From: Monocercomonoides exilis PA203
Taxonomy: Eukaryota; Protista; Preaxostyla
DNA: 64,000 nt
Direction of reading: 5' to 3'
NCBI GenBank assembly: GCA_001643675.2
Contig: LSRY02000038.1
Location: forward strand, 930,001-994,000
The translations under genes and the position numbers were made by a program. Positions 51,003 through 64,000 of this stretch are shown in pieces (position 1 is the stretch's first letter; each line of letters starts with the position of its first letter). The notes under the pieces were generated by a model, which worked only from the letters and a program-made list of their open reading frames with translations, was not told the DNA's origin and ran no database searches.

Positions 51003-53279
51003 CCTCATCAGATCTTCATTGTCATCGGTGTTGTCATCCCCTACTTCTTCAACGATCTCAAGACCAAAAACAACGACCTTATTCTCTCTCTCGCCCTCTC
51101 TCTCATTGTGACAGTGCTCTCCACAATCATCACGATGACTGTGAAGAACCTCGGCCCATTCACCAAAATGCGCACACAAACGCTTCTTGTCTCTTCATCC
51201 ATCTTTCGCATCTGGATCGCTGATTTCCTCATGGGCGTGTTTGCCACGTGGCTGTTCTCCATCATCAACTCACAGAAAGTGGCATATCAGCCGCAGATGC
51301 CCGAGACCCGCTCAGGCTACTTCATGAGCTACAGATGGTTCGAAGAGGTGGCAATCAACTTGCTCATGGTGATTGTGGTAGATGTGGCAAAGGTGTCGAT
51401 CATGCAGTTCACACAGATTGTGGGGAGGGTGATGAGGCTGCCGTATATCATCTGGGCAGACAGCTTCACTCAGCACGAGGTGAACTCAGCGTTTGAGCCG
51501 CCAAACTGGCCGTTGGAGATTCGGATGGCGCATATGATCAAGACGGTGTTTGTGGGCATGATGATATCTCCCTTCATGCCAATTGTCATGCCATTCCTCG
51601 CCATCTACTTCGCTCTCCAGTTCTGGATTGACAAGTACAACCTGCTGAGATGGTTCAGAGCACCTGCACAGTATTCGTTTGACATGATTCTGACTGTCTG
51701 CAACTACATCGAGTATGCCATCCACATCCACTGCATGTCAACCATCGTGTCGTATGTGCTCTTGTCATACAACAGCAACCCCGAAGACAACGATTTCGAG
51801 ACATATTGGTTTGGGTATGTGTTTGGCTTCTGCTATGCAGCATTTATCTTGTGGAGGGTGGGGATGTGGCTGTACTGGGGTTACAAGAGAGGGTTCATTG
51901 TGAAGAACAAAGCACAAAAGGACGATGATTTAGATGAGACATACGGGATGGAGTTTACAAGATATGAAGATGCCTTGCAGTGCTATATTGATCTTCATCC
52001 TTGCTATAATCAACCAGAAATACACACAACCACTGCACAGGAAGGATATGACACATCTCCCAAGTTAGAATACCAATATTACTCATATTACGGGGCTAGA
52101 ACACATGTGCGTCCAATAAAGAAGAAGCTGCCGTGCTTAACGGCAACGAATGCAGATCAATTTGTGGATGAAGACAAGAAGGAGCAGGTGAAGAGGGATA
52201 TGATGACACAGAAGCAGAGAGACAAACTGGATGGGAAATCAGGTTGGAGCTTCAACTGGTTTGGGATTGCAGCTGATGATGATGATGATGACGACGACGA
52301 CGATGATGATGGCAGTGGAGGAGGTGGAAGGAGAGGTCCAGTGTATGGCTGTGCAGATGCTGTGTTGTGGAGTGCCGAGCCAGCCGCAGCAGACGACGGG
52401 CGCTTTGTGATTGGGCTGGACTCATACGCTGTTGAATACCCTGCTCCCCCTGCTGCCCCTGCTATGCCAGGTGTGGGTGGAGATGGTGGGCCTTGCTATA
52501 TGGCTGAATCATCATCATCTTCTTCTTCCTCTTCTGTATCATATGCTGCTGAGTCTTCTTCCTCATCATCTTCTTCCTCATCTGCAATAGCAGAGCCTTC
52601 CTTCCCCACTGCCCAGCAGTCTCAGCCCATTGCCCTGGCTGACCCTGTCTATCCAACCTCCCCTGCCGATCCTTCCCTTCAGCAACAATACCCAACTGCC
52701 CCTTCAAACAGAAGGATATCTCCTCCTCCCTCTTCAAATATGGCTGCTGCTCCTGGCTCTTCCAATCCAATCTACCATTCTCCTCCTCCGATGCCTATGG
52801 CTGCTGAACCAGCGTATCCCAATCCTCATCAGCATTCGATGTCTTCTGCAGGGACAGCTGCATATTCAGCAGTGCCATCCCCTGCCACATACCCAACTGA
52901 ACCGCCTCCAATAAACCCATCTGCCCCTGTCTCTTCTGCTCCTTCTTATCCGACTGCCCCTGCTGCCCCAGCTGAGCCAACGGTATATCCAGTGCAACCT
53001 GCTCATCATGCTGTCCCTCCTCCTCCGCCAAGGCACCACCATCACCACAACTCATCCCAGCCTTATACTCAGCCTGCACCTTATATGCAGCAGACGCCGT
53101 ATGGCCAGCCACAAATGATGGGGACGGGGATGAGGAATGATCGCTATCCTTCTCCACCTCCAATGGGCAGTCAGAGGATGACTCCACCACCAGCACCGTA
53201 TTCGCAGCCGGCGTATATGCAGAGTGGAGGAGGGAGTGGAGGTGCAGGTGGAGAGCAGATGCCGTCTTATATGAGATAA
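48309..53279 (+). CDS. OSCA/CSC1/TMEM63-like ion channel (multi-exon) with a long Pro/Ser/Tyr-rich C-terminal tail
   Basis: Exons encode GTGTACYFSLM, DYGMLVEGLP, STGIAFVLFE, VQSCVEPSDIKFNNLG and FEPPNWPL...SPFMP...FWIDKYNLLRWFRAP. GT-AG introns; last exon 51012-53279. Start (MGKEKEHK) inferred. Confidence 0.8.
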
Positions 53280-55126
53280 AGAAGAAGAGAGAAGAGAGGA
53301 AGATGAAGATGAAGAGGAGGAGGAGGAGAAGAAGGATAGAGGAAGATAGAAAAAAAAAAAATAGAAGAAAGAAAGATGAATAGCATTAATTGTTATGATA
53401 TATTCCATTTCTTCATATCTTCTCTTCTCCATGACCATCTTCATCAACTAAAATTTGAGTTCAGACTGAAAATTTAATAAATTGAATGTTTAATTGTAAA
53501 TTGCTTAGAAACAACAAAATCGACGTTTTCAAAAGTGTTGTCATTGAATTCTTTCTTTTGATCAATTTTTCTTTTCTTTTTCTTTTTCTCTTTTTTCTTT
53601 TAAGAGTCATTCAGAACATAACTGATGATGTGGCAGTTACGATGAGATTTTCTTTGTATTTCTTAACTTTGCTTAATTTTTACTTAATTTTTTTTTTGAA
53701 CTTTGCTAAACTTTGCTCTAAATGAGTCTGTGTAAAATGCTCTTTCAGGTGTATTTTTTTCTTTTTTTGGAGTTTAAACATCAATTTCTTCTCAAAGTTG
53801 CTATCAATTGATATCGCAGAACTAAAAATGTGTGTTTTATTTATATCTTTGACCTCATTTTCTAAAGATAAAGACAGTTTTTTCTTTCCTAACTAAATTT
53901 CTTTCTTTCTTTTCTTAATTTCTTTTGAAAATTGTAATGTTTTGGTTAACTTTAACTTCTTTTTATTTATTTATTAATTTTATTTTTTATTCTGCTGTTC
54001 AAAATTTCTAACGGAGCATATGTTTCCTTTTATTTATTTTCTTTTCTTTTCATTCATCACATTGAATTACAGTTTTAATTATTTCTTTTCTTTTCTTTTT
54101 TCATTGTTGCCTTTTTATTGTTGGTTGCCTCGTAAATGTTTGTGAAGAGGGAGAAAGAGAAAGAGAAATGGAATGTTGTTCGCAATTAGGTAGAGCGAAT
54201 GTGTTGCATATGAAGAGTCAATAATTGCTTCTTATTGTTATTGTTATTTGTCATTCAATACCACAAAGGTGTATTTTAAATTAGAAGTTTTTTTAGATGT
54301 GATTAGCTTGTTTCTTTTATTGTTCTTAATCATTTTTCATATCAGAATTGGTTGATTTTGACTCTCGTTGAACGTTAGATGCGATTGCTGAACATCATTT
54401 CTTTCGCTTTCCTTCCCTTTTATTCTTAGGGAGAAGTGTAGTTTCATTTATTTTTCATATTTTTCCAGTTTATTTAATTTCATTTTTCATTTTTTTCAAA
54501 CTGCGATTTCACATTTCTTCAAGAATGATGACTCATATTTTATTCTATTTTCTTCAGTTTCATTTATCACAATTGTGTTGATTGTGAATTGCCAAGGAAA
54601 AAACAACAGAAATTAAAAATTTTTATAAATTATCCAATTGGAAAAAAGTGGATTCAAAGAAAAGAAACACTATCAAGTTTTTGTTTATTTTATTTTCATT
54701 AAAAGAATGATTGAAGCTTTTCTTTTTGAATTTTCAATTCTTTGAATGTTTGGCTTAAAATCAAAGAAACAAGTTATTTCATTTTTCACATTAATTTGAA
54801 CTTAAATTATTTGAAAATTCATTTGAATAAGAACTATCTTTTCATTTCATTTTATGAGACACTCTTCTTTTTTTCACTTATCTCGATTGAATATCATCAG
54901 TATTATTTATTGATGGCTAACTGAAAAGACATGAACTTCTTTCTTCACTTTCAGTTTTTTCTCAAAAAGAGAACTACCCATCTCAACATTAATTTGTTAA
55001 TATTACAAAGAAAACACTCGAGAAACATGGAAAACACAACTACTGTTTCAAAAGTCATTTCAAGCATAGCTAAAAAACAAACAACAGAAATCAACAAAAA
55101 GGATTATAAATATGAACTATTTTCTT

Positions 55127-56268
55127 TCAAAATTTCACAAACAGAGCCGATCCAGGAAAATCAGGAAGTTTCAGTTCGTGTCTCTCTTGAAGATATCTGA
55201 CAATTGCATTCATTAAAAAGAGTTGAGATATACAAAGAAAGAAAGAAAAGGATTTTAGTTTGAATTGATAATTAAAAAGATAGGGGAAAATTCCAAATGT
55301 TTCATTGAAAAATCATGAAACAAGGGAATAGTATTAATTAATAATGAAAATTCAAATAAAAGACGAACAAATACATACTCTGGAACGAAGTGTCCTCCCA
55401 GATAATGATGCCCTTTGAAGAACGAAGCACACAACTTTGGGGCTGAAAGGGAAATAAGAACTTCGGGATTTATCCCTTCGCCTGCTTCATCTCCTTTCTC
55501 TACATCCCATCCAGAGGGAATATCAATTGACATGATTGGCTTTCCACATTTCTTCATTGCTTCAATGATTGAAGCAAACTGTGGGTTTGCCGGCGGGTGA
55601 AATGAATGACCAAAAATTCCATCCTTTGCATAGAAAAATATATTTATAATTTGAAAAATCAAGAGGAAACAAAGATAGATATAAAATTTTTAAAAATGTG
55701 ATTCAAACTAAAATAAGATCAGCTTTGCTAAATGCATCAACCATTATGTCAAAAGAATCATATGAAGCAATGATAGGAATATGGAGCATTTCCATCTGCT
55801 TGACGAGATTTTGCAACAATTGAGATTTTCCTGGCTTTGGTAAAAATATCTGAACATTTTTCTTCATGAAATGAAGGTGCCTTGCTGCTACAAGCCCATC
55901 TCCTCCATTATCTTTTTATTAATAATTCGAAACAATGAAGATGAATTGATGAACGAATTAATAAATAAATGAAAAGCAAACTCCCCGGACCGCAGATGAC
56001 AATAACACTTTTGCAATCAGTAAAATGAGAATATGCAACATGTGCTACACTTTGACCAGCAAGTTCCATTAATTGGTCAACAGTATACTAATTTTAATTT
56101 GCAGTATTAAATAAAATCAACGATTTATTGAAATGATTGAAAACAATACACACAGAACATTCTGTGAAATATGCCTCATCTGTGGTGAAAGAATAAAAAT
56201 AATTAAACGAAAAAGGAAATAAACAAACCAAGAGCTATTGCTTCTTTTTGAGAAAGGAATTTTGTCAT
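55127..56268 (-). CDS. NAXE: NAD(P)H-hydrate epimerase (YjeF_N family), multi-exon
   Basis: MTKFLSQKEAIAL / DQLMELAGQSVA / VICGPG-NNGGDGLVAARHL / DGIFGHSF / SIDIPSGWDVE / LISLSAPK / HYLGGHFVP / LKLPDFPGS; TGA stop at 55127-55129. Confidence 0.95.
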
Positions 56269-56355
56269 TTTTGTTTGGATCAAATACACCACCATTTGAT
56301 TTTCAATTTTTTGTTTTTATTACTGTTAATTGATTGAAAGAGATTCAAAAAATTT
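56269..56355. promoter_or_regulatory. Putative bidirectional promoter (87 bp between divergent start codons)
   Basis: NAXE ATG at 56268 (-) and inferred METTL13 ATG at 56356 (+). Confidence 0.5.
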
Positions 56356-59300
56356 ATGCAAACTAACTTCTATACCGATTCTTTAACTTTATGGGAAAAA
56401 ACTTTTTTTGCTCCTACACAGCTTGAATCGTTTGTATTTCAGACAATTATAAGTTAATTATCTTCTGTGATGTTAAAAAATTATTTTCCTTAAGAACATT
56501 TATTAATTCGATATTTCATTATTGTGTTCGACCTGCAATAAATGATGCATCTGATCCTTTTCTTGTTTTAGCTGAAAAACGTTCTACATTAACTCAGTAC
56601 TTATTATCAGATGAAAAAATTGCAGCAATTGAATCAAATAATTTGACTGAACTTTTACAGCAATCAAAAACTTTCAATACTGTTTTTGATTTAATTATTA
56701 CAACAATTAAAGATAAGCATGATTCTGATTTTGAGAATTCTCATTTCAATAATTCTTTGTCGTTGATTTGCGAACAAGGGAAATATGCCACGTGCTTTTC
56801 ATTTTCAATATCACTTCTCGTTGACCTTCTTCGCACTTTTATGAAGAGAAAATTTGATATTTCAATCACTCTTTCTTCAGTTTCACCTTCATACTGCACG
56901 CTATCTTCTTTCTTGCCAATGATAGGAAAATTGAAGCAGGGCGATCCATTTGTTGTGTTTATTGCAACCAAGCCTACAAATTGCAGAGCTGATGACGCAC
57001 AATCAGATCAATCTAAAAGCGGGCTTTCAGAAAATGCTCATTCTGTTACAATACAGCTGTTCTCATCGGTATCGTTTCCTGTGTCCAACACATTCCTTTA
57101 TTCTGATGCTTCAGAAGATCAACGAGAATCTGTTAGCTCTTCATCCACATCTACATCAACATCTCCATCGGCATCAACATCATCGCGTCCAACAATTCCT
57201 ATGCTTCTCCCTTTTCTGATTGATATCATAGAAGACTACCAATGGTCATATCTCTTCCCTTCTTCTTCATTCCTTCACAAATTGCCTGTTTCTTCCTCTT
57301 CTTCTCACATCACATATCCTGTTTTTGTCTCTTCACTTCGCAGAAATCTGAACAAACAGCGTCTTTTTGTGATTCCCTCGTTCCGAGTGCCTCCTTCGGG
57401 GCTTCTTTTGGAGCCGCGCTTCTATTTCCACGTGGTCGATGCTCCGAAATCGTATTTCGATTTGCCGGCATCAAATTCTCGCTCGAGGAAAAATGATGGG
57501 AAAATAAGTCAAATGTTTCCAGCAGCTGCTGTTATTGTCCCGAGAGGAAGAGAAAATGACTGGTTGTTTGCATCAGATGAGGTATGTTTGAGTGGAAATG
57601 AATGTTTATTGAGAATTAAATGAATATTGTTGTGCTTTAATGATTATTTGATAGATTTGCATTTAGTCCTTATTTTTTTAGTTTAAACATTAAAAACACC
57701 TTTTTCACTCCCTTTCTTTTTTTCTTCCCCTCCTCCCCTTTTCCCTCAATCACTTTCTTTTCCCTCCTAATTATTATTCATTTCATTCCACTTTCTTTCC
57801 TTTTCCAGGGTCGTCTCACCATTGTCAAGCAAGCTCGTTCTGAACGAACAATTTTTGTGTTCCACAACAACAACCATTCTTATCCTCCTTTTGATGAGCT
57901 GCAAAGTGAGGTTTGATTATTTGGAAGAATAAAAATAAATATGTTTTTTTTTCCCCTCCCAATTTTGTTATAATTCCTTTTAAAGAAAGGCGATTTCAAA
58001 ATTATGAGAGGGAATATTTTGTGATTATTTTTTGCTTTTCTTTTGTTTTTGTAAAATGATTGGCAGTTTTTTTAAATGAAAAATTTTAACATTTTTTGCA
58101 AATATCACTTTTCTTTCTCTCTTTCTCTTTCTCTTTCACTTTTTCTTTCTTTCCCTCTTCAGCTTTCTGCTCTTATTCAACCTCTTCTTCCTTCTTCTGC
58201 CTCACCTGGCTCTGTCCCTTTCCTCTCCATCGCTGAAAACAAAGTGTTGCACAGAAAAGTTATCTTCACTGGATACAGGTGTGGATTTTTTATATCTTTT
58301 AATGAATGATGAAATCGTTTTGTTTATTTCTATCTCTTTCTCTCTCTTTCTCTCTTTCTCTCTTTCTCTCTTTCTCTATTTCTTTCTTTCTCTCTCTTTT
58401 TTTATTTTCTTTAATTTTCTCTTCTCCTTCTCCTTCTCTTCTCTTCTGAAGTGAGTTGAGTGGGAAAGTGACTGTGGAAGATGTGATTGCGAACAAAGAA
58501 GACGAAGATGGTATTTGTGAGTCAGATTTGAGTGAGAAAGAGAAAGAGAGAGAAAGAAAAGAATTGCTTAGCATTTTATCTTCATTGGATACTTCATCAT
58601 CATCATCATCATCATCATCTTCTTCTTTTTCTTCCTCTTCTTCTTCTTCTTCATATGAGAATATTAATCCTGTTTGTCTTCGCCAGCTCATCTTCTCTTC
58701 TACCCCTCATCTTGTTCAGAGCGAAATGAGAATCACAAACAACTTTTCTTTCGCTTCTTCTTCTTCTTCTTCTCCTTCTTCTTCCTCTTCTCCTTCTTCA
58801 TCTTCCTCTTCTTTTTCTTCCTCTTTCTCTCCTTCTTATTCTCCTTCTGCTTCTTATCAACAGGCTCTTCTTGCTTCCTTTGCCTTTCTTTCTGCCTACC
58901 CAGACATTTGGCATAACTTCATATCTTCCTCTTCTGACTCAATTAAAATAGAAAATGATATTTCTTCTTCTTCTTCCTCTCCTTCTCCTTCTCCTTCTTC
59001 TCCTTCTTCCAATCCACTTCGTGTCACAATCATTGGACTTGGCGCTGGCTGCTTCGTTTCTGCCCTTTTGGCTCATTTTGGATATCGAAAGAGAACAAAT
59101 ACACAAAAATCATATTTGAATGAAGAAAAAGAGAAAAAGAAAGAGAAAGAAGATGGAGAAGAGAAAGAGAAAGAGGGCGAAAAGGAAAGAGAAACAAAGC
59201 AACAATCATCAGAACATTCATCTCCACAAACACAGCTCAATACCGCAATTAATTCTTCTCCATCAGCCGCTCTAAAAATTCCGCGTCTCAATGTGACTGC

Positions 59301-60381
59301 GGTGGAAATCGATCCGCTGATGGCGGAGATTGCTACTTCCTATTTTGGCTTTGAGCCAGATGAACAGCTTTATCGGTGTGTCGTGTGTGATGGGCTGAAG
59401 TATGTGATGGAAAAGGCAAAGGAAAGAAGAGAGAGGAAGGAGAAGGAGAAGGAAGAGGAGGAGAGAGAAAAAGAGGAGAAAGGAGAAGGAGAGAAAGAGA
59501 AAGAAAAGACAGAAAAGTCAAGCAATTCTCCGAAAACCGAAAATTTCTCCGAAAATGTGATGAATTCTTCACAATCATCATTTTCATCAGATCCGCCGAA
59601 TGTGCTTATTTTGGATGTTGACTCGAAAAGTGCTGTGGCTGATGGGCAGAGCTGTCCTCCGACAGCTTTCTGCACAGAAGAATTTGTAGATGCATTGGTG
59701 TGCGAGGAGAGAGAAAGAAAAAGAAAGAAAGAAAAAGAGGGAGAAAGAGAAAAGGAGAAGGAGAAGGAGAAAGCTTTTTCTTTTTTTGCCTTTTTTTGGG
59801 ATAAAATATTTTTTCTTTCTTTCTTTTAATTCATTCATTCATTCATTAATTAATTAATTTTATTTTTATTTTTGTTTTATTTATTTATTTATTTTTTATT
59901 CTCTCTTTTTCTTCCCTTTCCCCAGCACACATACATCACGTCCTCCAAGTCAATTCTTCTTGTCAACTTTGCCTGCCGCTCTTCTGCTGCCTCTGAATCC
60001 TATCTGAAGACACTCCGCACGAAATTCCCGCTGATTTATCGAATTCCTGTTTCCGGCGCAACAAATTGCATTGTGGTTGCGTTTCCAGCGCTCCCAGAAT
60101 TAATTCCTTCCTCAAATTCAATAACTGCTGCTGCAGAGGAGATGAGGAAGTCGTCGTTGGGGATAAATGGAGAGGAAGGGGCAGAGGAAGGAGAAAGAGG
60201 AAGCAAAGGGAAAAGAGAGGAAGGAAGAAAGGCATTGAAAAAAAGTGAACAAAAGAAGAAAGGGAAAGGAGGGAAAATTGAAAAAAATCAGAAAAAGTAT
60301 GCCTGGTTGGCTACATATCCAGCTGGAATGGAAAAGATTGCCTTTGAATCAGTTGAAAAAGCAAAAAAAAAGAAGAGATAA
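56356..60381 (+). CDS. METTL13: METTL13-like eEF1A methyltransferase (two-domain, multi-exon)
   Basis: AAVIVPRGRENDWLFASDE-GR, VPFLS, SELSGKVTVEDV, LRQLIF...VQSE, IIGLGAG, AVEIDP...A..YFGF, DGL, ILDVDSK...SCPPTAF, LLVNFACRS. Start inferred. Confidence 0.9.
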
Positions 60382-62177
60382 GCCAACTTATTTCATAGAA
60401 AAGAAAAGAAAAGAAGTGAAAAACCTAAACTATTTATTATTTAAGAAAAGATTTTTTGGTAGATTTGGAGGAATTTTTATTTATTTTTTCTCATTTTTTA
60501 TTGCTTGATTAAAACATTTTCTAAAAGAAATTCATTTCAAAAAAAAAGAGAAGAATATTCAAAAATTTATTTTCCTTCTTGATGAACAAATAAAAGGCAA
60601 CGGTTTGCCGAATAAATTGGCTCGCCACCATGTCCCTATGAATTGTTAATAATACAGTCATGCAATCAACATCTTTTGCATAACTCGCAATTAACCAGCT
60701 ACTCCAAGAAAAAAAGGATGAACAATTTTCTTTTTGTAATTTCATAAAAATAGCTTGCTATCATCATATTTTTTGTTTACTAGCCTCATAACATTCTAAA
60801 ACAGTTCGAAGAAGAAATAGTCTTTCCTTTTGACAAGAATTATCACGTTCATAACATTTTATTCTAAATAAAAACTATCAACAATCAACAGAATTAACTG
60901 TAATGCTAAAAACAATAACAATCGATTTTTGGCACACAAGATATAAAACACTACTTATCAAAAAGATAAAATGAGAAAAATAAAAATCTTGCAGAAAAAA
61001 TGAACACCCTGAACACATCCAAATTTCTTACTGAAAATTGCTCACAAAGTTGCTATAAGGCTTTGTTGAACAAATCTCAGTTAAAAAAGAACAGGATGCT
61101 TGTTATTTTCTGCTATTATTATTGTTATTTTGTGATTATAATTTTTCACTTCAAAAATCATTCAAACTTTTAACTTTTGGAGAAAAAATTGTAGAATTTC
61201 TGTAATTGAAGCAGCAAACGCATATGAAACCTAAAATACACAAATAAAAATGCAAAAGGAAATAAATGAAAGTAATTTTGCTCATTTTACTCCTTCTGTC
61301 AAAATATCTTTGAAAGTTTAATCTTTTCTGCAAATGCTGCAATCCTCATCAAAATGCATTACGAATATTGAACCGAACCATTTTCAAACTCCATTAAATA
61401 GAGATTGCACCATTGCTTCTGGCTGCATTGCTTTTTCCAAGAGTTTAAATAACTCTTTATTTTGTTCCCCATAAGATTATTCTTTATTATTTCCAGATTC
61501 ACACACAAAAGATTATTTAAAATGAAAAAGGCATTTCAATTGAATTTAAAATTATGCAATCAAAACAAAAAATTTTTTAAATTCTTTATTAAATATTATC
61601 AGTCAAAAATTGTGAAAATATCACTTTTAACGATCAAAAAAACGAATTGTTTCGAGATTTTTTTTAAAAATGCATTATCATTCATCTTTTATTGTTATTC
61701 CTATGCTTCCTTTTTTAAAAAAAATTTGGCATTACAAACTAAATTGAAAAATGACGAATGAAAATCTGTGTAACGTGTGGCAAGTTTTATCTTCACGGAC
61801 TTCAGCAATGAAATTCCATTTCAGTTGGTTTTCTTTTTATTTTTATCTTTTTCGTTTTTTTAATTTTTCCTTCTTTTTTTTTTTTTTTTTAAAATTTGAT
61901 TCAGTTCTATTCGTAGAATATTTTTTTTTGAATTGGAAATAATTGTCCATCTTCATTGTTCCCATATATAACTTCAAAAAAGAAATTCGCTTTGTTTGCG
62001 AATCTACAAGTATTGAAAAGAAAATTTGAAAAAAATGAAATAAAAATGATGAATCTCTTCTGCATATATTTGATCTCACCCTAATAAACAATCATAGAAA
62101 TCATCAAAAATTCTTTATTTGCGCATAATGAATGAAAGATGATTGCTATTTGCTTATATGCGAAACACGCTATTTAG

Positions 62178-64000
62178 GTGCGTTTTAATATTGTGGCTAA
62201 TTGCGCAAAAACAGAACATAAATTGAATATTTTGCACAAAGATGAAAATCGTCCGGTTGAAGCTCTGAAGCAGAATTTTTCGTTTGACGTCAATGACTTT
62301 GGCGAGAATATTTTAAGTTTCAAACACAGCATGTGTGGCCATTCGCTGAAAAAAGATAAGCTCGCCAAAAATTTTGAAAAACAAACAATCAACAAAGCGA
62401 GCTGTTTGCTTACGAAAATGAAAATTTCAAACTCAACAATTTTGACCAAAAGAGAGTTTATTATTCCCAGCTATGGAGATTCCACTATTTGGCAAGATGG
62501 CTTTTCGAATGTTTCTGTTGTAAGTTGCATTGTTTTTTCGAGAAAACAACAATTAGGCTGCTCATTTGCCAAAACAGGAAGCATTTTGCGATTAGTTAAT
62601 ATATCGTTTGCATCAAGAACGGGATTTCTGGAAATGAATTCGTTTGTGCTCATGAAAAGTGATTCTCCTGTTTGGAATCCTTCTGTTCTTGTTACTGTGT
62701 CATCCTAATCATTTTCATCTGTTTTAATATCGTCAACGTTTTTTGCTTCATCTGTAATTGAATCGACATTGGAGCTTCTTGATTCTACCTTTTTCAATAT
62801 CAGTGCAAATCCAAATGCGAGCATGCAAGAACAAAAGTCAAACTCTTGCTCTATAACAATTTCAAATTCTGCTTTCAATCATGTGTACGGTGTGTATGAT
62901 GGCGTGCTAATTCCTTCGATCTCTGCTGATGCGCGCTCGCTGGGTACTTTTAACGCAACACACATTTCATGCTCTCGATGGGCAAATAAGCACTACACAA
63001 ATAAAACACTCAAAAGAGTTGTACTGGATCCTTCAGTTGATAAGGAATTTACGTTTGACTCTTGCATTTGGAAGAGAATTATAGGTTCTGAATCTGGCCA
63101 ATGTATCTTTGTTAACACACAAGATGAAACGCTTGTTACACTAACTGTGAAGAGGAGCAACTTTGAAAGTTGCAAGAACAAAATTAAGTCTGGAGGAGCT
63201 ATCTTTGAGGCTGGAAATGTACACGTCACCCTTGAAAACACTTCTTTTTATTATGTGAACTGTGAAAATGAAAATAAAAATAAAGAAACAACTGCTGGAG
63301 CTGTTCATGTGATCAGCATTCGTTTCCCAGCAATAAGGCAATGCTTATTTTTTAATTGCAGTTCGAAAGCGGATGCACGCGTTATATTTGAGCACCGCGC
63401 GACTAAGATACCTGAAAGAAAAGCTGACTTGAATGGAAATTGCACAATTCGGCATCAAAGTTATTTCTCGCAAATTCGTGAAAGAAACAATTTTCCATGT
63501 GAAGGCAACCACATAAAAATGCAAACAAAGTGGAATTCTGATCCAGACGAATTCTTAGAAGAAGTCGAACCAGTTTGCGTGCAAAGTGCGTTTATGGGAT
63601 ACGATTCGCAAAGAAGCGGAGGCGGACTTTATCTGAAAGATGTTGAAGATCAGGCCCTTGTTTCTGAGTGTGATTTTTTCCAGATGCGAGGCTGATCATG
63701 GAGGAGCGATTTACGTTGCTGTTACGGATTCAGTATTTTTGAAAACAAACGAACGATCGTTCAACCAGAATCTTTTTTGTATATATGTGCTATTTCACTG
63801 TTTATGTGGCATTTAAATATGGGCATGATGCTTTTGTTGTGAGTGAATCTGATTACGAAGATGGTTCGAAATTGTTTTCGAAATGCAAAACATCCGAGAT
63901 GAAAAAAGGTGCTGTTATCCAGATGAGAAGAAGCAAGCCCGATGAAATTATTTTTCTCGCAAAATCACTTGAAGTTACTCGGCGCATCATTGAATTGGAT
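62178..64000 (+). pseudogene. Decayed beta-helix-like (GGAI/FxxC) surface-protein-family gene
   Basis: ORFs 62178-62708 and 62769-63695 contain YDGVLIPSI (cf. YDGGIVPSL at ~12400), FESC...SGGAIF and SGGGLYL; *HGGAIYV follows the stop. Confidence 0.65.

Noticed and set aside
51012-53279. Host genome using the TAA/TAG=Gln code
   Set aside because: This >700-codon Gln-containing exon, like the NAXE, METTL13 and hAT exons, uses CAA/CAG with no internal TAR. TAR interruptions are confined to decayed sequences.
1-64000. tRNA, rRNA or other structured RNA genes
   Set aside because: None recognised by eye; tRNAscan-SE or Infernal would be needed to exclude them.

Overview
AT-rich, intron-containing eukaryotic DNA full of GA/CT microsatellites. 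The gene families, intron style and Ser/Glu tracts resemble an oxymonad (Monocercomonoides-like) protist; this is an inference. The first 44 kb is an accessory region of nested DNA transposons. A near-perfect inverted duplication (1-6254 / 20481-26745; the left arm runs off the window) encloses a spliced Sola-like DDD transposase gene carrying an internal ubiquitin-specific protease (USP/C19) domain followed by an LKGG motif. That gene is split by two insertions with clean target-site duplications (TSDs): a 450-bp CAGT...ACTG MITE, and a 3.9-kb element with ~406-bp terminal inverted repeats (TIRs) and an 8-bp TSD that carries a host surface-protein gene. Removing both restores one reading frame of ~1240 codons, still broken by four internal stops and one frameshift. 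Further right, a compact Merlin (IS1595-like) element is interrupted by a 9.7-kb hAT element (16-bp TIRs, 8-bp TSD) that holds its own transposase plus ~5 kb of intron-containing passenger sequence. The last 20 kb has ordinary genes: a type I surface protein, an OSCA/TMEM63-like channel, NAXE head-to-head with a METTL13 homologue, and another decayed surface-protein gene. All calls come from reading motifs by eye; no database search was run.
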